Below, piece after piece: positions 29,461 through 38,467 of a stretch of DNA of 64,000 nucleotides. Within the stretch, counting starts at the first letter, position 1. Each line of letters begins with the position of its first letter. The notes below the pieces were generated by a model, which saw nothing but the letters and a program-made list of their open reading frames with translations, did no database searches and had not been told where the DNA came from. Source of the stretch: a virus (Duplodnaviria; Heunggongvirae; Uroviricota; Caudoviricetes); IMG/VR virus record IMGVR_UViG_3300031992_000063, positions 22,390-86,389 of that record; one strand, given 5' to 3'. Made by a program: the position numbers and the translations under genes.

Positions 29461-29991
29461 ATGGCAACTTTATATATTCTATGCGGTCCCAGCGGATGCG
29501 GAAAAACTACTTGGGCGTGGAAATTTATGGGCGATGACATAGATGTCCGTTATGTTTCCCGCGATGAAATTCGTTTTAGTATGCTTAAAGAAGATGAAGA
29601 TTATTTTGCTCACGAGAAGGAAGTGTTCCGTAAGTTCGTAGGAACAATCGCGCAGACGCTTATTGATGACTTTGATGTAATTGCCGATGCTACTCATCTT
29701 ACAGAGGCTTCACGCAAAAAGCTTATTCGCGCAATTGATGAATATATCACGGACTATTCCATTACCTATGTAGTATTTTATACTCCAATTCAAAAGTGCT
29801 ATGAGAATGACGCTACTAGAACTGGAATAAGATATGTAGGAGAGCAGGTAATTCAAGGAATGTTCCGTTCCTTCAAGGCGCCGACTCTTAAAGAAGATTC
29901 TCGCGCAATTAAGATTATTGAAGTTGGAGAAGGAAAAGAAGATTTTTCCTATTTGATTGAACCTTATAGAAAGGAGTATGAAGATGACTAA
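29461..29991 (+). CDS. P-loop kinase (polynucleotide kinase-like, 176 aa)
   Basis: Walker A LYILCGPSGCGKTT. Adjacent to the phosphoesterase, mirroring the T4 Pnk domain pair. Confidence 0.55.
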   Translation: MATLYILCGPSGCGKTTWAWKFMGDDIDVRYVSRDEIRFSMLKEDEDYFAHEKEVFRKFVGTIAQTLIDDFDVIADATHLTEASRKKLIRAIDEYITDYSITYVVFYTPIQKCYENDATRTGIRYVGEQVIQGMFRSFKAPTLKEDSRAIKIIEVGEGKEDFSYLIEPYRKEYEDD

Positions 29992-30553
29992 TATTTGGCT
30001 TACATCGGATTTACACCTAATGCACTCTAAGTCCTTCCTTTGGGAACCTCGCGGCTTTTCTTCTACGGAAGAAATGTGCGAAGCTATCGTAGAAAGATGG
30101 AATTCGGTTGTTGATAAAGGAGATTTGGTATATAACCTTGGTGATATTGCGCTTTCAGATACAGATGCGGCAATTCCTTATCTTCAGCGGCTTAATGGTT
30201 ATCAGGTATGGCTTAGGGGCAACCACGATACTGATAATCGTGTAAATAAAGTGCTTGACGCTTGCCCCAACATTCATCTTCTTGGCACGCCTGACACTTC
30301 CTATGCTACTGTAATTAAATCGGGTAAGTGGCATTTTTATCTTTCTCACTATCCTACTTATACTTGTAATAATGAGCCTTGGCGCAAGGTAGCAAATCTT
30401 TGCGGCCATAGTCATACGCAGGATAAATGGGCAGATTGGGATAAAATGTGCTACCATGTAGAAATGGACGCGCATAATTGTTATCCAGTAAATCTGGAAG
30501 AAATTAAAAATGACATTTACGAGAAGCGTATTCAAGAGCAGACAAATATTTGA
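29957..30553 (+). CDS. Calcineurin-like metallophosphoesterase (198 aa)
   Basis: DLHLMH, GDIA, GNHD and GHSH motifs. Confidence 0.65.
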   Translation: MNLIERSMKMTNIWLTSDLHLMHSKSFLWEPRGFSSTEEMCEAIVERWNSVVDKGDLVYNLGDIALSDTDAAIPYLQRLNGYQVWLRGNHDTDNRVNKVLDACPNIHLLGTPDTSYATVIKSGKWHFYLSHYPTYTCNNEPWRKVANLCGHSHTQDKWADWDKMCYHVEMDAHNCYPVNLEEIKNDIYEKRIQEQTNI

Positions 30554-30577
30554 CTTCTACTGAAATTATAGTATAAT
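30550..30577 (+). promoter_or_regulatory. Consensus promoter (TTGACT-16-TATAAT)
   Basis: Promoter family member. The phosphoesterase gene's TGA lies inside AATATTTGACT. Confidence 0.55.
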
Positions 30578-30638
30578 ATATACATAAAGAAAAAACCTAC
30601 GGCCTTGTATAAGGCTAAGATGAAAAGGAGAAAATAAA

Positions 30639-32132
30639 ATGAGTGAATTTCTTAATGCGATGAAGAGCGAATTTAACTACGGCTATACTGAGAACGGCGG
30701 TATCAAGCATACTTCAACTTTGAATAGCGTGCTTGATATGTTTGCTATGGGTGGCTCTATGCGTAATCGTCCGGAAGAGGATATTATTCGTATGTTTAAG
30801 AAGGCATACGAAGAAGATGCTACTCTTGCTCTAAAGTGCCTCTTCTATCTGCGCGATTGCCGCGGCGGCCAGGGACAGCGTCGTTTCTTCCGCATCTGCT
30901 TCAAGTGGCTTGCTGACCATCACTGCGCTGAGGTGGTCCATCTAATTCCTTTTGTAGCAACCTACGGGCGCTATGATGACCTTTATACTCTGTTTGGTAC
31001 TGCTTGTCAGACCGATATGCTTGAATACTTTGAAAAGGTAATTAAGCAGAATGAGGACCATCTTGTATATAAGTGGCTTCCTTCTATCAATACTTCCTCT
31101 TACGAAACCCAGAAGCGCGGTCGTATCATCGCTACTTGGCTTGGTATGACTGAACGCCAGTATCGTAAGATGCTGTCTGAAGGCCGTAAGGCTTGTAAGC
31201 TTGTTGAAACTCTCATGAGCCAGCAGCGCTGGAATGAGATTGAATTTAATAAGCTACCCTCTCGCGCAGGTATTCTGTATAAGAAGGCGTTCATGCGCCG
31301 TGAAGAAACCAGAGAACGCTATGCTGCGTTTATGGATAGCAAGGAAACCAAGGTTAATGCTGGCGTGCTTAACCCCGTAGATATCGCACACCAGATTTTC
31401 AACAGCTACAATCCCTCTAAGACCGAACGAAAGGCTTGGGATAAGTATTGGGAATGTCTTCCCGACTACTACAACGGTCGCGAAGAGCCTGGCATTGCTG
31501 TTGTAGATGTTAGCGGCAGTATGTTTGGAACTCCTATAGAAGCGGCAGTCTCTCTTGGCGCTTATATCGCAGAACGCGGATATGGTCCTTTCAAGAACCA
31601 TTTCATTACTTTCAGCGGCAATCCCGAACTTATTGAGTTTAGTGGAATTGATTTGTATGATAAGTTTGTTCGCGCGCAGAGAGCAGACTGGGGCGGTAAT
31701 ACAAATATTGAGGCGGTTTTTGACCTGCTTCTAAATACCGCAATTAAGTCTCACATGTCAGCAGATAAGATGCCCAAGACTCTGTATATCTTCTCTGACA
31801 TGGAGTTTGACCACTGTATGACTTATGGCCCTGTTGTTTATGACCGTTGGGTTAGCGGTAATGCTATCATCGATGAAAAGCGGCTTCTTACTGTCATTGA
31901 AGCACAGGCAGAAAAGTGGACACGAAATGGCTATGAACTTCCTCGTGTAATCTTCTGGAACCTTAATGCTCGTCATGACAACATCCCCGCACTTGGTGGT
32001 AGATTCTCATATGTAAGTGGCTTCTCACCCGTTATGATTTCTACTATCCTTGGCGGCAAGGATGGATGGGACCTATGCCTTGAAAAGCTTAATAGTGATA
32101 GATACAGCGTAATTGCTAGTGTCTTAGTATAA
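30639..32132 (+). CDS. DUF2828-like protein with vWA/MIDAS domain (497 aa)
   Basis: MIDAS motif VVDVSGSM. Large helical N-terminal domain. Confidence 0.55.
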   Translation: MSEFLNAMKSEFNYGYTENGGIKHTSTLNSVLDMFAMGGSMRNRPEEDIIRMFKKAYEEDATLALKCLFYLRDCRGGQGQRRFFRICFKWLADHHCAEVVHLIPFVATYGRYDDLYTLFGTACQTDMLEYFEKVIKQNEDHLVYKWLPSINTSSYETQKRGRIIATWLGMTERQYRKMLSEGRKACKLVETLMSQQRWNEIEFNKLPSRAGILYKKAFMRREETRERYAAFMDSKETKVNAGVLNPVDIAHQIFNSYNPSKTERKAWDKYWECLPDYYNGREEPGIAVVDVSGSMFGTPIEAAVSLGAYIAERGYGPFKNHFITFSGNPELIEFSGIDLYDKFVRAQRADWGGNTNIEAVFDLLLNTAIKSHMSADKMPKTLYIFSDMEFDHCMTYGPVVYDRWVSGNAIIDEKRLLTVIEAQAEKWTRNGYELPRVIFWNLNARHDNIPALGGRFSYVSGFSPVMISTILGGKDGWDLCLEKLNSDRYSVIASVLV

Positions 32133-32145
32133 TTGGAGGATGTAA

Positions 32146-32547
32146 ATGATTAACATTCACGCAGGCCAGAGAGTCCTGTATAAACATAATGGACAGTGGA
32201 GGGTTGGAGAATTGGATTCAATCCCCCCTGTCATTAATGAAAAAGGTCTATTTGTCTATGTTATTCCACACGAATTTATTGGGAAGCCAAAAGACGAAGT
32301 TGCTTATGTTGAAGACGCGGAAATTAATAATCTATATTTAGATGCCAAGCCAGTAGAAGATTGGATGGCAGAATATAATCAGCTAATTTCAATGAATGAT
32401 TATATAGATATTGTTAATGACGAAGACTTTGACAAGAATGCCGAAAACGCATATGTATCTGATGGAGAATATTATTATTATTCAATTAACAAATTCACAG
32501 AACAGTGGCTTAAAAAGCAACCATTTGCTTATGTAGTGAGGTTTTAA
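32146..32547 (+). CDS. Hypothetical protein (133 aa)
   Basis: ORF track entry. RBS GGAGGA. Confidence 0.5.
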   Translation: MINIHAGQRVLYKHNGQWRVGELDSIPPVINEKGLFVYVIPHEFIGKPKDEVAYVEDAEINNLYLDAKPVEDWMAEYNQLISMNDYIDIVNDEDFDKNAENAYVSDGEYYYYSINKFTEQWLKKQPFAYVVRF

Positions 32548-32548
32548 T

Positions 32549-33175
32549 ATGGATAATAAACTAACATTTCATAAAATATTAAAGCATTGGAAAACAATTC
32601 GTATTCATAGAAAATGGGTAAGACATTATTGTCATATTGCCGGTATTACTTGGCGCGGAATTACTCATGACCTATCTAAATATTCGCCAACAGAATTTTT
32701 TGAATCCGCGCGCTATTGGACAGGAACACATTCGCCTATTGAAGAAGTGAAGCGAGAGAAAGGAGTATCTCGCGCCTGGCTTCATCATCGCGGCAGAAAC
32801 ACACATCATTGGGCGTATTGGGCAGATAATTTTAGTGAAGGATTTGTCATCCACCCTATGCCAATGGATGACTTTGTAGAAATGGTGTGTGATTTTCTTG
32901 GAGCCGGACGGGCATATTCAGGAAAGTGCTTTTCTTATAGCAACGAGCGCAGTTGGTGGCTCAAAGAGCGCGATGGCGGCAATGCCGCTATGAACCCAAT
33001 TAATAAGAAAATGTTAGATATAATTTTCTCTGACCTAGAATACGCCGAAAATCATCTAATATCTGGTTGCCCTACTAGTCTTATCACGATGGGGCCTGAA
33101 GATTTAATCAAAACCGGATATTTCCAAGAGATTTGGCGCACATGTATGAAAGAGTATGAAAATAGTCAAGTATAA
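32549..33175 (+). CDS. Hypothetical protein (208 aa), His-rich (possible HD-type hydrolase)
   Basis: ITHDLSKY...WLHHRGRNTHHW. Confidence 0.4.
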   Translation: MDNKLTFHKILKHWKTIRIHRKWVRHYCHIAGITWRGITHDLSKYSPTEFFESARYWTGTHSPIEEVKREKGVSRAWLHHRGRNTHHWAYWADNFSEGFVIHPMPMDDFVEMVCDFLGAGRAYSGKCFSYSNERSWWLKERDGGNAAMNPINKKMLDIIFSDLEYAENHLISGCPTSLITMGPEDLIKTGYFQEIWRTCMKEYENSQV

Positions 33176-33179
33176 TACT

Positions 33180-33208
33180 TGACTATTTTTAATTTTATGT
33201 TATAATTT
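33180..33208 (+). promoter_or_regulatory. Consensus promoter (TTGACT-17-TGtTATAAT)
   Basis: Promoter family member. Confidence 0.55.
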
Positions 33209-33234
33209 TTATGTAAGAAAGAGAGGGAGAGAAA

Positions 33235-33960
33235 ATGGCAGTAGCGCGTTCGTATGAAAAGTTTGAGATTCAGGGTGAGCCTTTTAAAGAGTCTGGGCGT
33301 TGGTATGTAAATGTTATGGCGCCGAAGGGTCTTAAAAAGGTGCGTTGGTATTCTGACGCCGAGCGTGCTGCCCAAGATAGGAAGGCAGGAGTAGAAGAAT
33401 CAGTATTTGACTTCAATGCCAAGCACGCATTTGGTTTTGATGAAGCCGGATATATTACAATTTATAAGGGCAACACCGAAGAAATTCGCGATTGGGCGCA
33501 GTCAGTATGGCCGCCTCGCGCTTGGTACAATTTGATTTTTGATTTCTATACTCCTTCTAGTATGGAAGTTAAGGATTTGCCCGCCTCTATTACCCCAATT
33601 AAACTGACTTGGGAAGAAGTACAAGACGAAGGATATCATATTAAGCCTTACGACACAGTAAGAGAATATGTACTTTCTCTTATCAAAGATAACTATGGCG
33701 CGGAAAGTACATTTCAAGGCACGCCCAATACTTGGATTGAAAGAGACTTGGTGGTATATTCTAAACAGACTGCTAATAATAGTTATGGAGAAAAGCATAC
33801 TTACATGCTTATGGATGCTAACCAAAATTTTTATCAGTGGGCAACCAATGCTAAAAATTATGATGTTGGTACCACAATAAAATTGAAGATGAAAATAAAA
33901 AGTCATACAGTTGTAGATAATGTTAAAACAACAATTGTATGGTATTGTAAGGAGATTTAA
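33235..33960 (+). CDS. Hypothetical protein (241 aa)
   Basis: ORF track entry. Confidence 0.5.
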   Translation: MAVARSYEKFEIQGEPFKESGRWYVNVMAPKGLKKVRWYSDAERAAQDRKAGVEESVFDFNAKHAFGFDEAGYITIYKGNTEEIRDWAQSVWPPRAWYNLIFDFYTPSSMEVKDLPASITPIKLTWEEVQDEGYHIKPYDTVREYVLSLIKDNYGAESTFQGTPNTWIERDLVVYSKQTANNSYGEKHTYMLMDANQNFYQWATNAKNYDVGTTIKLKMKIKSHTVVDNVKTTIVWYCKEI

Positions 33961-33961
33961 A

Positions 33962-34159
33962 ATGGTTATATTAGCATAGTATTATAATGGCTCTATTCAT
34001 AGATGTGAATGCGGCGCATTATTAGGCTATACACCAGAAGATATTAATGAAGGACAATTTATATATTGCCCTGTATGTCATATAAGATAGAAAACAATGA
34101 TGAACTTAAACTATGATGGACTAATTACAGAGGAGAAAAAGAATGACACTGTGGTTTGA
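33962..34159 (+). CDS. Small zinc-ribbon protein (65 aa), 2 in-frame TAG
   Basis: ATG overlaps the upstream TAA. CECG...CPVCH. Reads through 2 TAG to TGA and overlaps the start of ORF 34143. Confidence 0.3.
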
Positions 34160-34379
34160 AAATAGTTTGGGCGATATGCGCCAAGTGGCTCATTGCGATA
34201 CTTGGGAAGAAGTTAACCTATCAATACAAGATTTTATTGAGCAGGCTAATGCCGCAAAGGCTCCTGGCGCGCCAAAATTTAAAGTTTATTATATGAGAAG
34301 TTGGAAAGATAATACTACCGGAATGACAAAAATTGATATTGGTAGTTGGAGTGAATTCTTTTATGTAAGTGAGGAATAA
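34143..34379 (+). CDS. Hypothetical protein (78 aa)
   Basis: ORF track entry. RBS GAGGAG. Confidence 0.5.
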   Translation: MTLWFENSLGDMRQVAHCDTWEEVNLSIQDFIEQANAAKAPGAPKFKVYYMRSWKDNTTGMTKIDIGSWSEFFYVSEE

Positions 34380-34381
34380 AA

Positions 34382-34651
34382 ATGATTGTAAGCGCAGCAG
34401 TTCGGATATTTGATTTAAAGCAAAATAAAATTTGGGATATTCCGTGTCATCGGCATTGGCAAGCATTCTATATTCTAAAAGAATTTAACTATGTTAAGAA
34501 TGTAGATTATAAGGAAATAGCCCAGGGTTTTCTTGATGAAGAAGATAACTTCTATGACCGAGTTGCCGCATATAAACATGCTTGGCAATGTAGCCAAATT
34601 AAAGAAGAAGAATATAAGCCACGCGAACTCTTTAGTGAAGATTTGTGGTAA
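34382..34651 (+). CDS. Hypothetical protein (89 aa)
   Basis: ORF track entry. Confidence 0.5.
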   Translation: MIVSAAVRIFDLKQNKIWDIPCHRHWQAFYILKEFNYVKNVDYKEIAQGFLDEEDNFYDRVAAYKHAWQCSQIKEEEYKPRELFSEDLW

Positions 34652-34673
34652 GTAATTGACTTTTTCTAAAATT
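34645..34673 (+). promoter_or_regulatory. Consensus promoter (TTGACT-17-TGtTATAAT)
   Basis: Promoter family member. Confidence 0.55.
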
Positions 34674-34715
34674 ATGTTATAATATATCTATAAGAAAGGA
34701 AAGGAATGAAAATAA

Positions 34716-36092
34716 ATGAGCGTACATTGTGGTTATATTATTCAGGTAAAGGACCTTCGTCCGCATCCCAATGCTGACCGGCTTCAACTTCTTCATATAT
34801 TTGAGACCGATACTTGCGTTGGACTGGATGTAAAGGTTGGAGATATTGGCATGTATGTGCCTGCCGATATCAAGCTCGGAGAGCGTTTTTGTCAGGTAAA
34901 TGGACTTCTGCGGCAGAAAGATGAAAATGGAAACCCTATCGGAAATGGTTATCTTGACCCGCAGAAGCGTAATGTAAAGGCAATCAATCTGCGCGGACAG
35001 CGGTCGGATGGTATCTATCTACCTATCACTTCTCTAATGGATTTTTGTAAGATTTCCGACCTAAAGGTTGGCGACCAAATTACTGTTCTTAATGGTGAAA
35101 CCATTTGTGAGAAGTACATTCCGCGTGTTAATCCTGCTCGCGCCGGCTCTATGCCGCATCTTAAGGGAGTAAAGAAGAATATTTGTCCTCTGTTCGCAGA
35201 ACATGTAGAGACCGAGCAGCTTGCTTATAATCTTGATAAGTTTCATACTGGCGATATCGTACAGCTAACCCTCAAGATGCATGGTACCTCTCAGCGCACT
35301 GGTAATCTGCCAGTAATTCATGAACGCAAGCAGAACTTTATTCAGAAACTATTTCATCGTCCTGTAAAGACCTACACCGAATATGAAAACATTACCGGTA
35401 CTCGTCGTGTAGTTCTCGCGGGCGAACGCAAGGGTGGATTTTATGAAAGCGATGATTTTCGCTATGCTATGGCTGCTAAGTTTGACGGTAAACTTCCTCG
35501 CGGCATTACTGTCTACTATGAAGTGGTGGGTTTCCAGGGACCTAACGGCGCTTCAATTATGGGCCAAGTCGCTAATAGCAAGATTAAAGACAAGGCATTC
35601 GCACAGCAATACGGAGAAATGACTACCTTCTCTTATGGATGCGTACAAGACCATAAGTATGAAATGGAAGAACCTCTTGAGACTGGCGTATATCATCCTT
35701 GTTGCGAACTTTATGTTTATCGTATCACTATGACCAATGAAGATGGATTTGTAATGGAATTCTCTCCTGACCAGATTAAGCTTTGTTGCGAACAGTGGGG
35801 CGTAAATGTTGTTCCTGAATTTGAGCGCTTTATTATTCCTGACGGTGTAAATCCGGGAGAATATGTAGTGCGTAAGGTTGAAGAGTACTATGATGGCCCT
35901 GACCCTATCGGAAAGACTCATGTGCGTGAAGGCGTAGTTGCTCGTATTTGTAATCGGTCTAACTTTGCGGTGTATAAGCATAAGAACTTCTCCTTCAAGG
36001 TACTGGAAGGCATTGCGAAGGATGAAGCAGCCGCACCTGATATGGAAGAAGCGCAGGAAATTGTTGAGGAAGATAATAATGAATCAATGTGA
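34716..36092 (+). CDS. RNA ligase (Rnl2-like nucleotidyltransferase) with N-terminal tRNA-binding OB domain (458 aa)
   Basis: N-terminus GYIIQVKDLRPHPNADRLQLLHI...VGDIGMYVPADIKLG resembles the tRNA_bind/EMAP fold. Motif I KMHGTS = KxHG. Confidence 0.55.
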   Translation: MSVHCGYIIQVKDLRPHPNADRLQLLHIFETDTCVGLDVKVGDIGMYVPADIKLGERFCQVNGLLRQKDENGNPIGNGYLDPQKRNVKAINLRGQRSDGIYLPITSLMDFCKISDLKVGDQITVLNGETICEKYIPRVNPARAGSMPHLKGVKKNICPLFAEHVETEQLAYNLDKFHTGDIVQLTLKMHGTSQRTGNLPVIHERKQNFIQKLFHRPVKTYTEYENITGTRRVVLAGERKGGFYESDDFRYAMAAKFDGKLPRGITVYYEVVGFQGPNGASIMGQVANSKIKDKAFAQQYGEMTTFSYGCVQDHKYEMEEPLETGVYHPCCELYVYRITMTNEDGFVMEFSPDQIKLCCEQWGVNVVPEFERFIIPDGVNPGEYVVRKVEEYYDGPDPIGKTHVREGVVARICNRSNFAVYKHKNFSFKVLEGIAKDEAAAPDMEEAQEIVEEDNNESM

Positions 36093-36231
36093 TAAATGCC
36101 CTTATCTTAAAGACCAATTTGGCAATTTCGTAATGTGCGTTAAAACATCCCGTTTTATAAATTGGGAATATTGGAACAATATTGAACCAGAAGATTGTCC
36201 TTTAAAAGAGGAGGCCAAAGAACTTGAATAA
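36079..36231 (+). CDS. Small Cys-rich protein (50 aa)
   Basis: ATG 36079 with RBS GAGGAAG. Internal start within ORF 35938..36231. Confidence 0.4.
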   Translation: MNQCDKCPYLKDQFGNFVMCVKTSRFINWEYWNNIEPEDCPLKEEAKELE

Positions 36232-36409
36232 AATATGGTTTGGATGGCTTCATATTCCTGGTGGCGGCGTCGCTTGCGCGAAAATCTGTAATTACGACAA
36301 AGCCACCCAAACTTGTACTCTTATATTTAGTGGCGGCTTTACAGTGATAGAAGTGCCATTTAAAGATATGGAACCTATTAATGGATGTAAATTACCTTGG
36401 GAGGATTAA
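36224..36409 (+). CDS. Hypothetical protein (61 aa)
   Basis: ORF track entry. Confidence 0.45.
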   Translation: MNKIWFGWLHIPGGGVACAKICNYDKATQTCTLIFSGGFTVIEVPFKDMEPINGCKLPWED

Positions 36410-36537
36410 AAAATGACTAACGAAGTTCTTATTAAAAAGTATCAAGCAAGAATTAACCTACTAAATGCCCGTGATGCAGAAGGCAATCGCGGCATTGTCA
36501 ACAAACTTAAAAGAAAGATTCGGAGGCTTGAAAAGTA

Positions 36538-37470
36538 ATGGGACTATTAATTTTAGCTTTCTTCGCACTTATTAGTGGCTTTATTGCCGCCGCAGTGGTT
36601 GACAGAAGGCGACATCCTTCATTGAAGATTGCTTTGCCGCTAATAGGCATTGTACTTGCCGTTATTTTGGCAATTTGCGCTTGTATTTCATATGTTCCTA
36701 CTGGATATACTGGTATCGTAACTACCTTTGGTAAGGTACATGATGAAGTGCTTGACGCAGGAATTAAGTTCCATGCGCCGTGGGACAATGTAATTAAAAT
36801 GGATAATCGTGAACAGAAAGTTTCCTTTAGCCTACAAGCTTTCTCATCTGATATCCAAGAAGTATCTATTGCTGGGTCTGTTAATTTAAATATTAACAAG
36901 ACCGTAGCAATGGATTTATATAAAAATGTCGGTACGGATTATCTTAATATTATTGCGATGCCGCGTATCCTTGAGGATGTAAAGACAGTATTTAGTCAGT
37001 ATACTGCTGAAAACCTTATTGCCGAGCGCAATACTCTATCAGTTAAAATTGCTAATTTGCTTAGTGAAGATTTAAAGAAACAGGGCTTAAATATTATTAG
37101 TGTAGCAATTGAAGATGTAGATTTCTCTGATGCTTATACAAATAGTGTAGAAGCAAAGCAGGTTGCTACACAGGAAAAGCAGCGCGCTCAGACGCAGCAG
37201 GAGCAGCAGACTATGGAAGCTACACAGAAAGCCGAACGCGACCGCATTGCCGCGCAGGCCGCCGCAGATGTGGCTAAGATTGAAGCAGACGCAAAAGCTT
37301 ATGCTATTCAGGTTGAGGCAGAAGCAAAGGCAGAAGCCAATAAGAAAATGAACCAGTCGCTAACGCCTGAACTAATTGAATATACAAAAATTAATACATG
37401 GAATGGACAACTGCCCACAATTACTGGCGGGGCAACTCCTATTATTAATCTCACCGAAGAGGGCGAATAA
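36538..37470 (+). CDS. SPFH/band-7 (prohibitin/HflC-like) membrane protein (310 aa)
   Basis: N-terminal TM, SPFH core ...TGYTGIVTTFGKVHDEVLDAGIKFHAPWDNV..., Ala/Gln/Glu-rich C-terminal coiled coil. Confidence 0.65.
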   Translation: MGLLILAFFALISGFIAAAVVDRRRHPSLKIALPLIGIVLAVILAICACISYVPTGYTGIVTTFGKVHDEVLDAGIKFHAPWDNVIKMDNREQKVSFSLQAFSSDIQEVSIAGSVNLNINKTVAMDLYKNVGTDYLNIIAMPRILEDVKTVFSQYTAENLIAERNTLSVKIANLLSEDLKKQGLNIISVAIEDVDFSDAYTNSVEAKQVATQEKQRAQTQQEQQTMEATQKAERDRIAAQAAADVAKIEADAKAYAIQVEAEAKAEANKKMNQSLTPELIEYTKINTWNGQLPTITGGATPIINLTEEGE

Positions 37471-37484
37471 TGCCCTCTTTTTAT
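37457..37484 (+). terminator. Rho-independent terminator
   Basis: GAGGGCGAATAATGCCCTC followed by TTTTTATTTG. Confidence 0.6.
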
Positions 37485-37511
37485 TTGACTTTTTTTAGAA
37501 CTATGTTATAA
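37484..37511 (+). promoter_or_regulatory. Consensus promoter (TTGACT-16-TGtTATAAT)
   Basis: Promoter family member. Confidence 0.55.
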
Positions 37512-37543
37512 TTAAATTATGAGGTGAAGAAATATGAAACAGG

Positions 37544-38389
37544 ATGAGAATAATGCATAATATATATTATTTTACAGACATACATGGCATCCGTGCATTA
37601 TATGATGCCATAATAGAATATTGCTTTAAAGAAGATGATAGTCCCACTATTATTTTCGGCGGCGATGCTATTGACAGAGGAACAGATGGATATAGCATTA
37701 TGAAAGAAATGCTTGACAATCCAAATATTATTTATCTCAAAGGCAATCATGAAGATATTTTTATCAAGGCGGCGCGGCAACTTAAAGAAAAATTTGATTT
37801 TACAAATACTACTCGCGAACGCGCTTATACTGTATTAAAATCAACAATGATGTTTGATTATAAATATAATGATATCCAGCTTTCAATTAATAACGGTGGG
37901 ATGGAAACATTAACAGATTGGATAATGGATGGAATGCCAATGGATGTTGTAGAAAAAATTGACAATCTTCCTTATACACTTAGTTATGAGCATTATGATT
38001 TTTGTCATGCAGGTGGAGTTTATCCTACTTTTATGCGCGTAAATGAGTGTGAATATCACGAGATTACACCAGATAAAGATGATACAGATTTTCTATTATG
38101 GGATAGACATGCCTTTAGTTATGGATGGGCGCCCGGTAGAACATGTATTCATGGGCATACTCCTACTAGTGTATTATTGCGGCATTTCGGAAAAGGGTGT
38201 ATTGTCGCAAAACCATATAAATATTGCGGACGTTTTAATCCAGATTATACTGGAGATAAAATTGATATGGATACAGGTGTGGCGTTTACTAATAGAATTT
38301 TTGTACTTAATGTGCTTACGGGTAAAGCACAAGGGTTTAAGCTTAAAAAAAATGGACAAGTAAAACAGATTGAAACAATTCAACTGTAA
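37544..38389 (+). CDS. Ser/Thr protein phosphatase-type metallophosphoesterase (281 aa)
   Basis: DIHG...GGDAIDRG...GNHE motifs. Confidence 0.65.
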   Translation: MRIMHNIYYFTDIHGIRALYDAIIEYCFKEDDSPTIIFGGDAIDRGTDGYSIMKEMLDNPNIIYLKGNHEDIFIKAARQLKEKFDFTNTTRERAYTVLKSTMMFDYKYNDIQLSINNGGMETLTDWIMDGMPMDVVEKIDNLPYTLSYEHYDFCHAGGVYPTFMRVNECEYHEITPDKDDTDFLLWDRHAFSYGWAPGRTCIHGHTPTSVLLRHFGKGCIVAKPYKYCGRFNPDYTGDKIDMDTGVAFTNRIFVLNVLTGKAQGFKLKKNGQVKQIETIQL

Positions 38390-38415
38390 TTTTAGAACTT
38401 ATTTATGTAGAAGAA

Positions 38416-38447
38416 GGCTGCCGAGAGGCAGTTTTATTTTTTAATTA
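38416..38447 (+). terminator. Rho-independent terminator
   Basis: GCTGCC-GAGA-GGCAGT followed by TTTATTTTTT. Confidence 0.55.
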
Positions 38448-38467
38448 TTTTTAAGAGGAGTGTTAAT

